A stretch of 63,858 nt of DNA, the filler included, from Conidiobolus incongruus B7586 (Eukaryota), in NCBI GenBank assembly GCA_000697335.1. It is 34 parts of 34 records of this genome, joined end to end, with 100 filler letters (N's around TTAATTAATTAA, not from the genome) between each part and the next. Parts side by side here need not be neighbours in the genome. Positions count along the whole stretch, not along the records: positions 1 to 1,585 come from JNEM01000980.1; positions 1,686 to 2,703 come from JNEM01000981.1; positions 2,804 to 4,441 come from JNEM01000983.1; positions 4,542 to 5,962 come from JNEM01000984.1; positions 6,063 to 7,323 come from JNEM01000985.1; positions 7,424 to 9,015 come from JNEM01000986.1; positions 9,116 to 10,337 come from JNEM01000987.1; positions 10,438 to 11,700 come from JNEM01000990.1; 26 more parts are not named here. One strand, written 5' to 3'. Shown in pieces: positions 1-14,350 of this stretch (position 1 is the first letter of the stretch; each line of letters begins with the position of its first letter). The notes under the pieces are model-generated. The model did not search any database, was not told the origin of the DNA, and worked only from the letters and a program-made list of their open reading frames with translations. Both the position numbers and the translations under genes were made by a program.

Positions 1-1534
1 TTTAATTAATAACTAAAATAATTGTATATATTAGATTACTTGAAACTATAATATATAATTAAGGTATATCATTTGATAATAAATAAATATAATTAGATAT
101 ATTTAGTAAACTATTAGCAAAAATATTAATCTTTAATATTTAATTAAGATAAGTTATAAATTTGTAGGTTTTTGAGATAAAAGGATATATTTAACAATAT
201 TTAACTATATTTTTTTTCTCTTTTTATTATTATTTTATATAATATTTTATGGATATAGTAAATTTTTTTTATTAATATTATTATACCTAAATCCCTCTTT
301 AAAAAAATCTACTTATATATTAATTAACTTTATAAAAAAATAAATCAACTCTTGATATTATTAGAATTACTAGTGTTAGTTAGTCTACTATAGTTAAAGT
401 TATTAAGAATTATAATAAAAATACATTTAAACTTAAACTTAAACTTAAATATATTAAGATTATAAATAAATATGATAAGAAGTATATTTATAGGTTAATT
501 AATACAGGTAAATATAATATTATTATAGAAATATAACAAGAATTATAAAACTATAAAAGATTATTAATTAGCACTGATATTATTATATATATTTTATATT
601 AATATAGATATTACTTATATCTTAAGAAAAAACACCCCTAACTAAAAAAATCCTATTATAAAGCCAAATAAAAGTTTAAATATTACTATTAATATTAAAT
701 TAAAATTAATTAAAATAAAGTTATTTAGTTTAATAAAATAAAAATATATTTTAATAGATCTAATAAAAAAGTTAAATGATTTAGAAAAGATACAAAACTA
801 CTTTATAACTATTATATTAATTTTACCTAAAAATACAATGATAGGTTAATTATTATTTAAGGATATATATTATCTTTAGATATAAGATATCTTTGTAAAG
901 TTAATAAGGGAATTAATATTAGAATGTACTAAAGTATTTTAAATAATAAATTGAAAAAAACTATTGAATAATATAGGTTAAATAAATCTGAAGTTATTTT
1001 CTAATAAAATAATATTTTTTATTATATTATAACTTTTATTACCAAATAGCTTAAAAATAACAAAATAATAGTTATGAAATAGCTTCTTTAATTTTTTAAT
1101 CTTAACTTAATTAAATACTTTTAAAATTAGTTAAAAAAAGTTATTAAAGCTTTTCCCTTAATAAAAAATTTAAATTAGCTTTAATAATATATTTAAAAAG
1201 CATAAAACAAAATTAACCCCTTTTAGTATAAAAAGTTAATTGATTCTATACCCTATAAACTTAAAAAAGTTAAAAAAGTTAAAGGTAGATATAATAAGTT
1301 TCAATTTTTTTTATCACCAAAAACCTATAAATTTATAACTCATCTTAAGTAAAATTTAAAACTTTATATTTTAGCTAATTAATAACTAAATATTATCATT
1401 TAATAATATATATTATTAATAAATATAATAGATTTAATTATTTAATTTAAGTTTATTTTATTAAATATTAATTATGTTATTAGTAAAAATATAAGTATTT
1501 TTGATTTTATAATTTATTTTTATAAGTTAGTATA
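1..1534 (+). mobile_element. Tc1-like DNA transposon, dead copy (transposase relic ~283-1304)
   Basis: Colinear with other copies. Reversing C>T/G>A gives MPKSLS...W(S)DETK...FQQDNA...(SPD)LNPIEHLW...KGGYTKF. Inner inverted repeats at ~149-182 and ~1308-1345. Right end ~1532 followed by TA. Confidence 0.9.
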
Positions 1535-1585
1535 TATTAATTAAAAATTAAATAAAAATAAATCAATTTATGAAATTATTAGAAT

Positions 1586-1685
1586 NNNNNNNNNNNNNNN
1601 NNNNNNNNNNNNNNNNNNNNNNNNNNNNNTTAATTAATTAANNNNNNNNNNNNNNNNNNNNNNNNNNNNNNNNNNNNNNNNNNNN
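1586..1685. other. Artificial contig linker (44 N + TTAATTAATTAA + 44 N); first of 33 identical linkers, last at 60895-60994
   Basis: Identical 100-bp structure at every gap. TTAATTAATTAA places stop codons in all six frames. Contigs from 32145 onward are in decreasing length order. Confidence 0.98.

Positions 1686-1715
<30 letters not shown>
1686..1715. repeat. (AT)n microsatellite
   Basis: About 15 AT units at a contig start; a similar tract lies at ~35505-35529. Confidence 0.9.
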
Positions 1716-1718
<3 letters not shown>

Positions 1719-2803
1719 CGGTAAGTTATAATAAAATATGCAAAGTTTTAATTAATTATATAATAAAATATTCAAATAAAAATTTTTTATATTAATTATA
1801 TTTTTTGATTATTAAATATGGAAATACTGATAAAAATAATAAAATTTGTATTATAATTGAAATTCCAATTTTAGTAGTTATAGTTTAAATTTATTGAAAT
1901 TAACTAGAATTAACTAATAACAAATAATGATTAGCTATATATAGTAATTTTTTGTCAAAATTTCTTTTATCAAATTTTACAAAAATATAAAATAATATTA
2001 TAATTAAAAGGATCCACAAATTTATAAATAATACTTTATTTATATTTAAAAAATCAAAATAGTAAAAATAAATCAATGAATTGAAAAAATAACCATTTAT
2101 AGTAACTTTATTCAATTATTTTTAGTATTTGACCCCATTAAACTTATTTTTATATAATAAAATTCGAATTTTAGTTTTTATTCGCCAAATTTCTAGTTCC
2201 AAAATCTAATCATGACCCAATATTAGTCACTACCTCAGTTGTAAAAAATATTGAACTATGTGATTAGTAATAGTATTGAATATTTCTTGATAAAAAAAGT
2301 ATTATAAAATAGATTGTAGTGCTAGTTTCATATATCAATATATTTAATAGTTCAATAATATAATATTAATTTACCAAAATAATATATGATGAATATATAT
2401 GTAAATAATCTCAATAATAAAAAATTTGTTTATGGCTGTAAAATAGACATTAATAAATCAATAAAAAAAATTATTTCAACTCCTTAGTCAATTATTAATT
2501 GATATTTAAATTTAAATCTATTAATTTTATTGCAAATTAAAACCAAACGGAGATAAATAAAAATAAATCTCCCAATATCAGTTTCAAATATTTTAATATT
2601 AAAATATTTCAAATTTAATTATTTAATTTTTAATTTTTATATTATTGAAAGTTGTATTAAAGTAATATCAATAGTTTTATTAGTAACTATTCATATATAT
2701 ATANNNNNNNNNNNNNNNNNNNNNNNNNNNNNNNNNNNNNNNNNNNNTTAATTAATTAANNNNNNNNNNNNNNNNNNNNNNNNNNNNNNNNNNNNNNNNN
2801 NNN

Positions 2804-4439
2804 ATTTATTATTGGCTTGAAATAAATTAATATATACAAATTTAATAGGAAATTATATTTTTTTAATATATATATATAATAACTTTTTTAATTAAAAAAT
2901 TAACTTTTTCAAAATGATTGTTAAATTTAATTATATTTAAACCAAATAATAATCATCAAAGGTTTTTTATTTTAGTATTAGTAAAACTTAATTATAAACT
3001 CTCTAAAATTATTTAAAATTTATAAGTAGCTTTTAATAATATAATATTATCTGTAAATATAATGGTAAATACTGATATAGTATAGAGGAAGACTTAATAT
3101 AAAAATAGTGTGACACAAAATATAGTATTATAATATGGTTATAGTGTGCAAATATAAATAAAGTTTAATTAAACTTCAAACTGGGATGAGTCATCAATAT
3201 ATTAAGATTTATATTAGCTACTGCTAATATATTAAATATTAATAGGATATAGTCTTAATCATAAAAATATTAAGTATTGAGAGGAAAAAAAACCTAGTTT
3301 ATGAGATAATTCAATACTATTTATATAATTAATCTAGTTATAAAAGTATAAATTAATTATATAATTTATAGTTAATTGAATTATATAAAACTATATATAG
3401 GAATTTAAAGAATTAGTCTCTTAATATTATCTAAATTAACAATTTATTACTAGTTAGATTATTTTAAAGCTAGTAGAGAAATTATTTAAAACTTATTAAA
3501 ATCAAAAAAAACCAACTTTATTTGTTATTATTTTAATTATTAATAGAGTGAAAAAATATACTGAAAATCACTTTTTTATTTTAGCTAAAAAATTATCTAA
3601 GCACTTTAATATTTATTTTATAAGTATTTTAAATATATTAAATTTTAAACTCAAATTAATAAATAAAAATACAAAATAGGTACCTTATAATTTAATTCAA
3701 GCTTAGAAAAAAGCTAGAGTAGTTATTGTTAAACAAAACTTACTAAAATATCACTAAAAGCTTAAATTTTATAATAAATAATTGTAATTGATAAATCTTA
3801 AATCCTTATATATAATCCTTTACTAAAACACAAATCAAAATATTAGATTAAGCTAAATCAACCCCTTATACAAATCCCTTTAAATTAGCATTTTGTTAAT
3901 AAACAAATGTTAATTATTACAATAGATTATAATGTTATATGCTACTTTGATTTAGTTCCTGAAGGAAAATTAATTAATAATACACTTTATATTTTTTTTA
4001 AATAAAAGTATTTTTAATTAATATTCTGAATATAATTTGAGAAGACTTATTATTATATATGATAATTGTACAATATATAAATCTAAAACTGTAAAAAACT
4101 TTCTTATTAAAAATAACTAGAAAAACTACCATATCTAGTATATTCCTTAGATTATAATCTATGTGATTATAATTGCTTTAGGTAATTAAATAACTAGCTT
4201 ACAAGAAAGAAAATTTTTGCAAAAAAATTTAATTGGTTTATAAAACATTATATTTCAGTCTTTAATAAAAAGAAATAATTGTTAAGTATTTAATCTTTAT
4301 CAGAAGTATAACAAAAAGCTATTAAAAATTAAAAAAAACTATTAAATTTATATTATATATTTACTTTTATATATTATATATTAAAATATTTAATTATTTT
4401 TAATCATAAAAAATTCCTATTATTAAAAATACAGAGTAG
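2804..4439 (+). mobile_element. Mariner, dead copy, interrupted by a solo LTR
   Basis: TAG GTA CCT (W>stop, V, P of WVPHNL) at 3677; TAT GAT AAT TGT (HDNC relic) at 4058; right TIR ends 4439 followed by TA. Confidence 0.9.
3052..3426 (-). mobile_element. Solo LTR (375 bp) of the chromovirus family, inserted in a mariner
   Basis: TGTAAA...TTAA[C>T]A; reverse complement matches 8067-8463. 5-bp TSD TTATC at 3047-3051 and 3427-3431. Removing it restores the mariner frame. Confidence 0.9.
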
Positions 4440-6062
4440 TANNNNNNNNNNNNNNNNNNNNNNNNNNNNNNNNNNNNNNNNNNNNTTAATTAATTAANNN
4501 NNNNNNNNNNNNNNNNNNNNNNNNNNNNNNNNNNNNNNNNNAATTATATATTAAAAAATTATATTAAACTATGACTTGAATAGGTTTATATTATATGTAA
4601 GGTTTTTGAATCTTTTATTATATTTTATTTAATATAATTTTTCATAAAATAGAATATTTATTTGTTTCTATCCAATAATATTCAAAATATAATAATATTT
4701 AAATTATAAATGCAATATATTTTAATTAATATTCCAATTATTTCGAAAATTAATTCATTATCTAAAATTTTTTTTATATATAAATTTAAAATATTTTCAA
4801 AGTTTTAAAAATAAAAGTTCAATAGTAATTATTTTATAAAATGTCAAATTTCTATTATTATTTTACCTTGATCTATATAATAACCATTATTTAGTAATAT
4901 AATAAATCTATATTATCTCGTAAAATAAGCCATAAAATTAAAATCGTATATATTTTTAGTAAAAATTTAATTAAGTTCAATTAATTTATTATAAACGATT
5001 CTGTTAATATATGTTATATCTTTTAATAGAATATTTTGAGTTTAATTAACTATTTAGTGATGAATTAAAATTAAAAATATAATTACAAACAGTTATAAAC
5101 TTAATTTATTATTTTTAACTATAATAAAAGAATTTAAACTTATTTTATTAATGTTTTATTTTTCTTATTTTTCATTTAATAGGATATAAAGTCAACTAGA
5201 ATTTTATAATAATCAAGACTAATCTTAATAGAGCTTCTTAAATATATGTTTAGGTTTCTTTTAAATTTTATTAAATGAAAAACTTTATATTTTTAATATT
5301 TTTCCAAAGATATTTAACTATATTTAGGTCAAGAAATAACAAAACAGTTTGTAATGATTATTTTATTAATTTTAAACCATTTGACAATAAAAATTATAAA
5401 ATAGCAAAAGATTTTATATTATTATCAAACTATGTTTAATTTATTTAGATTATATTATATTATAGATTTGAATTCATTTTGTAAAATTTTTTACTATATT
5501 TAAATATTGATTTCTTTAATAATTTTATAAAAACATCATATATTCATAAAAGATAAATACTCTAAAGCTATAATTAATTTAATATAATTTTTTTTAAATA
5601 GCAAAATAACTTTTAAAATAACTTATTATCTTATTTAAAATATTTTACTCTTTTATCAAAATTATTTAATTATTTATTTATTAAATTATATGATTAGATT
5701 AAATAGCTTTAATTATTTTTAATTTAATTTTAATTAAAAAATTTAAACTTTTATTTCAGCTTATAATAAGACTTTTTGGATTATAAATATTTTTTATAAT
5801 ATAGGTGATATTTGTTCTAATATAGAATATATTTAATAATATTGATATTAATTAATATTTTATAAAATCTTATAATTTCTATTATATTTTTATAATAATA
5901 TTATATTTCCTTCTATTTTTTATCTATTCTATCTATATTTTATTATATTTATACATAATTATNNNNNNNNNNNNNNNNNNNNNNNNNNNNNNNNNNNNNN
6001 NNNNNNTTAATTAATTAANNNNNNNNNNNNNNNNNNNNNNNNNNNNNNNNNNNNNNNNNNNN

Positions 6063-7320
6063 TTAGTATTATTATACTTAAATCTCTCTCTAAAAAAATT
6101 TATTTGTATATCAATTAACTTTATAAAGAAAATAAATTAACTTATGATATTATAGAAATTACTAGTGTTAGTTAGTTTATTATAATTAATGTTATTAAGA
6201 ATAACAATAAAAACACATTTAAAATTAATCTTAAGTGTGTTAAAATTATAAATAAACCTGATAAGAAGTATATTCATAGGTTAATTACTATAGTTAAATA
6301 TAATATTATTATAAAAATATAACAAGAATTATAAGACTATAAAAGAATATTAGTTAATATTAATACTATTATATATATTTTATATTAGCATAAACACTAT
6401 TTATATTTTAAGAAATAACACCCTCAACTAAAAAAATCCTATTAAAAGTTAAACAAGAGTATAAATGTTGATATTAATATTAAACTAAAATTAATTAGAG
6501 TAAGGTTATTTAATTTAATAAAATAAAAATATTTTTTAGTTAATCTAATAAAGAAGTTAAATACTTTAAAAAAGATATAGAATTATTTTATAACTATTAT
6601 GTTAATTTTACCAAAAAAATAATAATATATTAAATATTGTTTTGGGATATGTATTATTTTTAAATATAAAGTATCTTTGTAAAGTTAATAAGGGAATTAA
6701 TATTAAAATATACTAAAGTATTTTAAATAATAAATTGAAAAAAACTATTGAATATTATAAGTTAAATAAATTTAATATTATTTTCTAGTAAGATAATACC
6801 TCTTATTATATTATAACTTCTATTATTAAATAGCTTAAAAATAACAAAATAATAATTATAAAGTGGTTTTTTTAATTTCTTAATTTTAACCTAATTAAAC
6901 ACTTTTAGGATCAGTTAAAAAAAGTTATTAAAGCTTTCCCCCTAGCAAAAGATTTAAATTAACTTTATAAATATATTTAAAAAATATAAAACAAGTTTAA
7001 CTTTTCTTAGTATAAGAAGTTAATTAACTTTATACCTTATAAACTTAAAAAATTTAGAAAAGTTAAAGGTAGATATATTAAGTTTTAATTTTTTTTATCA
7101 CCAAAAACTTATAAATTTATTACTTACTTTAAGTAAAATCTAAAGGTTTTGATTTTAACTAATTAATAGCTAAATATCATTATTTAATTATATAAAATAT
7201 TAATAAATATAATAGATTTTAATGATTTAATTTAAGTTTATTTTTATTAGATATTAATTAAGTTATAAGTAAAAATATAAATGTTTTTGATTTTTTAATT
7301 TACTTTTATAGGTTATTATA
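6063..7320 (+). mobile_element. Tc1-like transposon, dead copy
   Basis: Aligns along its length to 275-1534. TTCTAGTAAGATAATACC at ~6782 is the FQQDNA relic. CTAATTAAACACTTTTAGGATCAG at ~6892 is the PIEHLWDQ relic. Confidence 0.9.
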
Positions 7321-7423
7321 TAANNNNNNNNNNNNNNNNNNNNNNNNNNNNNNNNNNNNNNNNNNNNTTAATTAATTAANNNNNNNNNNNNNNNNNNNNN
7401 NNNNNNNNNNNNNNNNNNNNNNN

Positions 7424-8463
7424 TTTAATTTAATAATTACTCTAAAATTTTAAATCAATTTACTTTTAAATATTGTTGAATTTTAATCTAATATTAAATA
7501 TATTAATTCCTTTATTAAATTTAACTTAGAAGAGAATTAAAAAATTATAGAATAATAATACTTAAAGTTATTTAAAAACCCTGTTAAATATAAAGCTAAT
7601 ATGTTTGTATATTTAAAACAATTTACTTTTAAACTTGCCTTATTTAAATCTAGCTTAAATCTTAAATATTTACTATTATATTATAATCCTTATTAAATTT
7701 AATTTATTGATTTAAATTTTAAAAATATTATTTTAGAATTACTTTTAATTTTAAAAATTAACTTTACTTTTTATATATTTAAAATTAAACTATACTTTAA
7801 AAATTTTAATATTTTTCTTATTTAATTAAAATCTTTAAAATTAGATTTAATTATTAATTAAAATAAAAAAGAAAAATACTATGTTAATTATATAATTAAA
7901 TTTAAATTTATTAGGAATAAACTTTATTTTTATATAAAATAAATAGGTTATTTTATTAAAGAAGTTATATAAAAACTTTTAAAATATATTAAGAATATCT
8001 TAACTTATTATACTTATTTGTAAAAATTTAAGGAGTATATTTTTTTCAAAAAACCTATTAGGGAAGTATTAAAAGACTAAATCCTTAAATTCTTATATAT
8101 ATATTTTTTATAAATCAATTAATTATAAATTATATGACTAATTTATATTTTTATAATTAAATTAATTATGTAAATAATATTAAATTTTTATTAAATTAAA
8201 TTCTTCTTTTTCTTTCAATTGTTATTATTTTTTATCTTTTATATTATTTTAAAGATTAAGATTATATTTTATTAATATTATTGGATATTAGCACTTTGTA
8301 ATATAAGTCTTAATATATCAATAACTTATCCCAGTTTGAAGCTTAATTAAACTTTTTTTCATATTTCATATTATATTCCATATTATATTATTATATTCTA
8401 TACCACACTATCTTTAAGTCTATATCTATACTATATTAGTAATCTTTTACTATTATATTTACA
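7424..8463 (+). mobile_element. Ty3/Gypsy chromovirus 3' end: integrase C-terminus, chromodomain relic, PPT and 3' LTR (8067-8463)
   Basis: Colinear with the 15656 copy. Purine tract AGGGAAG at 8060-8066, then LTR T[G>A]TTAA...TTTACA. Confidence 0.85.
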
Positions 8464-10437
8464 AAAGCCTAGCTTATATCTTATTATAGATTTTAAATCC
8501 TTATTAAAAAAGTTTAAAATAAATAAAAAATCATATAATATTAAATATTACTTGTTTAAGTATAAAGGTAAAATAATGTCACTTATTTTAATCTTATTAG
8601 ATATAAATTTACCAAACAGCTAATAATATATTATATTTAATTTTTTTATATTTAAAAAACAAGTTTATATTATTGAATTTTATAATAGTCAATATGGTTT
8701 ATTAATAAAGATTTTAATATTATATTTATATTATAGTTTTAAAAAAATTTGATATCTTATTATATGTTAGATAATAAAAAATTAATAGTTAAATTATAAT
8801 AAATTTAAGAGGTTTGCTAAAGAAAAATAATATCTTTAAATTAAATAATAATGAATACCTAGATTTTGAAAATTAAAGTTATCTATTTTTTTAAAAAATA
8901 AATAATTATATATTTGATTATTATATATTTAATAATTATTAATAAATGGATTAATAAGGAAAATAAATTGCAATATTTTAATAAATAAAAAAATTTGACT
9001 TATTTAAAAAGACTTNNNNNNNNNNNNNNNNNNNNNNNNNNNNNNNNNNNNNNNNNNNNTTAATTAATTAANNNNNNNNNNNNNNNNNNNNNNNNNNNNN
9101 NNNNNNNNNNNNNNNATGTTTTAATTCAGTTTTTTAAAATTAATTAAATATATAAATTTAAAAAATTAATATTAAAACAAAATTGTTAATGATCCTCACT
9201 AATCAATATATTTTATAATATTCTGATTATAATATTTATTTTTAGTATATTTATTTGATATTGAACTCTCTCAAATTTCAGATATTATTAAAATGTATGA
9301 AATATTTCAAACTAATGTAATTAATTTTATATATAACTATTACAAGTAAACTAAAGATTCATATTTCAAAAATATAAATATAGGTTTTAAATATTACTTT
9401 ATGTTTTTATATTTTAAATTCAAAAGAAATCTAGAGTATATTTTTATCTTTATAACTTGTACAAAGAGTTAATCTATTATTTTATTTTTGGATTTCAAAA
9501 TTTAATTATAGTAAACAATAATAATATAATTATAACAGAAAATATATAATGAAATAAAATTATTGAAAAAAAAAAACTGAAATTATTAAAACTTTGATAT
9601 TGAATTTTATAATGAAATTGTTATTTTATATTTCAATTTATATATTGAAATATTAATAAAAAATATATCATTACTAAATTAATTTTCTTTATTCTAATTT
9701 ATAAGAATCTCAAAAAAATTAATAAAATATTAATTAAACTTATATTTGATTCAAAACATAATATTCAAATCATATTTTGAATTTTGTTTAAATAATATAT
9801 TGTCATATACACTGAAAATACTATATTTCAATTTTATAAAAAAATTTTTTGGATTATTTTTCAAATATTGAATATTTTATTATGAAATTATTTCTCATTT
9901 AGAATTAAATTATAAAAATATATTAACACTTGATGAAACACAAAATAATAATGATTTTCTTCAATAGTACAAAAAATAATTTATAGAATAAAATTTTATT
10001 AATAAAAAATTTGTTGATTTAAAATTTATGATTCAAAAATCTAATTAATTGAATAATAATAATATAATTTAATAAATAATAATTTTTATTATAAAAATTT
10101 TTAGTTTTTAATTCTGGTTTATATTAAAAATTTAATTTTTTTTCTTGATAGAATTTTTGATTGTGTTAAATTATTTCAAATAATATCAGAATTATTCATT
10201 TTATATTTCAAATTAATTTTAATTAATAAATTAACTCAAATTTTTAATATAATAATACAAAGAATATAAAAACTTGTAGAGAAATTATAAATTATATTTT
10301 TTTATCTATATTTTTGTTAATATATTATATTATCAAANNNNNNNNNNNNNNNNNNNNNNNNNNNNNNNNNNNNNNNNNNNNTTAATTAATTAANNNNNNN
10401 NNNNNNNNNNNNNNNNNNNNNNNNNNNNNNNNNNNNN

Positions 10438-11700
10438 AATTAAAATATTAACAAATATGTTTATAAAATATTTAGTTAAAATAAACAATAAGGTAATAGT
10501 TAAAGGTAAAGAATTTTAAAATAAATTAATTACTTAAATATTTTTAGTTTCTAATAATTTAATTATTTAAATCTCTTTAGTATATATAGCTTGATTTATA
10601 GAATCATTAGTTTATTAAAATTTTTGTAAATTAAATTAAAATTTATTAATTAATTATGAAAAAAGTATTTTAAAGTTATATTAATATTATTCAAGTTTAA
10701 TTTGTAATTAATAGATTAAAACTATTAAGAATTAAATAAATATTGTTTTTTAAAAAAATACTTATTAATTTTATAATTAATTTAAATTTTTTAATAATAA
10801 TAACCATTTTTATTTATTTTTAAATAAGCTTTAACTTCTTAATTAAAAGTTTTCTTATAAAGCTTTAAAGCAGAAATATTTATTATTTAAGATTTAAGTA
10901 GGTTAAAGTAAGTTTTAAAAGATTAATTTTTAAAATAAAAAGATTTAATTATAAAATAAAAGATGCCATTAATCATAATTACTATATTATAAATGTTAAA
11001 AAACATATTATTAAAATAATCCCTATTAATTAACTAAAGTTTTACTTTAAGATTAAAGTATTATAATAACTTATAGATTTATTTTTCTTTAGTAATATTT
11101 AAAATATTTAAATATATCTTATTAAATTTCTTAATTAATTACATTATAAAAGGTTTGTATTTAAGTTAAGAAAGTTTTTCTCATATTAATTAAACTTAAT
11201 TTTTTAAGTAATATATTTTTTTAAAATTTTTTTCTAACTATTTAAAGGTTTAAATTTTTATAATAAGTTATCCTTTTAAAGATTTTTTAAGATTAAGTTT
11301 GTAATTGGTTAATTATTAAGTGTAAATAGATTTTTCCAAAAAAATTGTTAATTTAAAGATATTCTTTAAATTTTCATTAAAAATTAAAATATATAATTTT
11401 TTATATTTTTAAAATAATTTTCAAGCTTATAAAAGTTTTTAAAACTATTATAAATGGTTAATTTATTTTTAAAAATATTAAGTAAGTGATTTAATATATC
11501 AATAATAATGAAATAATTAGTTTATTAGATTTAAACTTTTTAGGTTATATTTTTCTCAATAATAAATTATTTAATATAAGCTTTTAAAGAGTAAAGTTTT
11601 AGATTTATTTAATAATTAGGCTATTATTATTATTAAAATAATATAAAGGTATTTTTTTAATAATATTATAGTATATAATATTAAATTTAAATAAATTAAA
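10438..11700 (-). mobile_element. Possible hypermutated retrotransposon gag region
   Basis: Same CpG/CpA-stripped texture as the TE copies. Minus strand has faint gag-like (FLNL.QT) and zinc-knuckle-like relics. No second copy here to confirm. Confidence 0.3.
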
Positions 11701-11800
11701 NNNNNNNNNNNNNNNNNNNNNNNNNNNNNNNNNNNNNNNNNNNNTTAATTAATTAANNNNNNNNNNNNNNNNNNNNNNNNNNNNNNNNNNNNNNNNNNNN

Positions 11801-12983
11801 CAAAAATAAATAGTTTAAATTATATATATATAATAATTTTTTTATTAAAACATTAATTTTTTAAATTTAATTGATTAATTTAATTATGTTTAAATCAAAT
11901 AATAATTATCAAAAGTTTTTCATTTTAGTATTAGTAAAACTTAACCATAAATCCTCTAAAATCATTCAAAATTTACAAGTAGCTTTTGGTAATGAAATAT
12001 TATCTAAATTAATAATTTATTGTTGGGTTAATTATTTTAAAGCTAAAAGAGAAACTACCCAAAACTTGCTAAAATTTAAAAGACTAACTTCAATTGTTAC
12101 TTTTCTAATTATTAAAAAAATAAAAAATTATATTAAAGAATATCTTTTTATTTTAGTTAAAAAATTATCAAGGCTTTTTAATATTAGTCACATAAGTATT
12201 TTATATATATTAAAGTTTAAATTAAAATTAATTAATAAAAATGCAAAATAGGTATTTTATAATTTAACTAAAACTCATAAAAAAACTAAAGTAGCTATTG
12301 CTAAATAAAACTTAATAAGGTATAACTAGAAACCAAAGCTTTTACAGTGAACTATTAAAATTGATGAATCTTAAATTTTTTTGTATAATCCTTTACTAAA
12401 GTATAAATCAAAGTGTTGAATTAAGTTAAATTAACCTTTTTTATAAATTCCTTTAAATAAACACTTTATTGATAAAAAAATGTTAATTATTATAATGGAT
12501 TATAATAGCATATACTATTCTTATTTAGCTTTTAAAGGAAAATGAATTAATAGTAAACTCTATTTTTTTAATAAAACTATTTCTAATTGGTATTCTTAAT
12601 ATATTTTGAAAAAACCTATTACTTTACATAATAATTACAAAATATATAAATCTAAAGTTATAAAAAACTCTCTAATTAAAAATAACTGGAAAGAACTACC
12701 ATATCCAATATATTCCCTAAATTATAACCCATATGATTATAACTGTTTTGGGTAATTAAAATACCAGCTTATAAGAAAGAAAATTTCTATAAAAAAATAT
12801 GATTAATTTGTGAAATATTGTATTTTAGTCTTTAATAAAAAAAACTATTTTTTAGATATTAGATTTTTGATAAAAATATGTCAAAAAGTTATTAGAAATA
12901 ATGGAAATTATTAATTTTATAATATATATCTATTAATAAATAAAGTAATAAAAATAATATTTCTTAGTATTAATATTTTATAT
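11801..12983 (+). mobile_element. Mariner, dead copy (listed ORF 11871-12251 is its mutated N-terminal HTH region)
   Basis: ATT GAT GAA TCT TAA (IDESW relic) at 12360; TGG AAA GAA CTA CCA at ~12687. The listed ORF stops at the TGG>TAG of WVP. Confidence 0.9.
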
Positions 12984-13083
12984 NNNNNNNNNNNNNNNNN
13001 NNNNNNNNNNNNNNNNNNNNNNNNNNNTTAATTAATTAANNNNNNNNNNNNNNNNNNNNNNNNNNNNNNNNNNNNNNNNNNNN

Positions 13084-14350
13084 AATAAACATTTTAATAT
13101 ATAAAAAATAAAAATAAATATATAATATTAAATTAATAATTTCTTTTATTTCTAATAACTTTTTGTTATATTTTTAGCAAAGATCTAATATCTAAAAAAT
13201 AATTCTTTTTATTAAGGATTGAAATTTAATATTTCACAAACTAATTAAATTTTCTTATAAAAATTTTCTTTCCTATAAGCTAGTTTTTTAATTACCCAAA
13301 ACAATTATAATTACATAGGTTATAATCTTAAGAATATATTAGATATAGTAGTACTTTCCAGTTATTTTTAATTAAAAAGTTTTTTAAAATTATAAATTTA
13401 TATATTTTACAATTATTATGCAAAATAATAGATTTTTTTAAACTATATTGAAAATATCAATTAGAAATAATTTTATTTTAAAAAGAAATATAAAGTTTAT
13501 TATTAATTGATTTTCCTTGAAGAATTAAGTAAAAATTACATATACTATTATAATCTATTATAACAATTAATATTTATTTATCAATAAAATATTTATTTAA
13601 AGAAATTTATGAAAAGGGTTGATTTGGCTTAATCTAACACATTGATTTATATTTTAGCAAAGGATTATATAAAAAAGACTAAGATTCATTAATTATAATA
13701 ATTTACTATAAAAGCCTTGGTTTCTAGCTATACTTTAATAAGTTTTGTTTAATAATAGCTATTCTAACTTTTTTTAAACTTTAGTTAAATTATAAGATAC
13801 CCATTTTATATTTTTATTAATTAATTTTAATTTAAATTTTAATATATATAAAATACTTATATTACTTATATTAAAGAGATTTGATAATTCTCTAGTTAAA
13901 ATAAAAAGATTCTTTTCAATAAAATTTTTCACTCTATTAATAATTAGAAGAGTAATAATTAAAATTAATCTTTTAGATTTTAATAAGTTTTAAGTAATTT
14001 CTTTGTTAGCTTTAAAATAATTTACCTAGTAATAAATTTTTAATTTAGATAATATTTCATTATCAAAAGCTATTTGTAAATTTTAAATAATTTTAAAGAG
14101 TTTGTGGTTAAGTTTTATTAATACTAAAATAAAAAACTTTTGATAGTTATTATTTAGTTTAAGCATAATTAAATTAAATAACTAATTATAAAAAACAAAT
14201 TTTTTAATCAAAAAAATTATTATATATATATATAATTTAAAATTATTTATTTTCTTATTTGTTTTATATATATTTTTCTATTTAAAATTAATAATATATT
14301 TGAAGAATCAGAAATTAAAAAATTTCCCATTTTTTTAATTTTATGATAAT
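13084..14350 (-). mobile_element. Mariner, dead copy
   Basis: Reverse complement aligns to the family; AAA TGG GTA (KWV) retained at ~13798-13806. Confidence 0.9.

Noticed and set aside
283..1304. Alternative genetic code (TAA/TAG = Gln) explaining in-frame stops in transposases
   Set aside because: Stops also replace Trp codons and differ between copies. Intact genes use CAA/CAG for Gln and end at TAA in the expected positions.
1630..1641. Regularly recurring TTAATTAATTAA resembling a repeat array or CRISPR
   Set aside because: Always centred in 44+44 Ns; a synthetic six-frame-stop linker, not biology.
11871..12251. 126-aa ORF as a functional gene
   Set aside because: Chance-open N-terminal stretch of a hypermutated mariner, ending at a TGG>TAG lesion.
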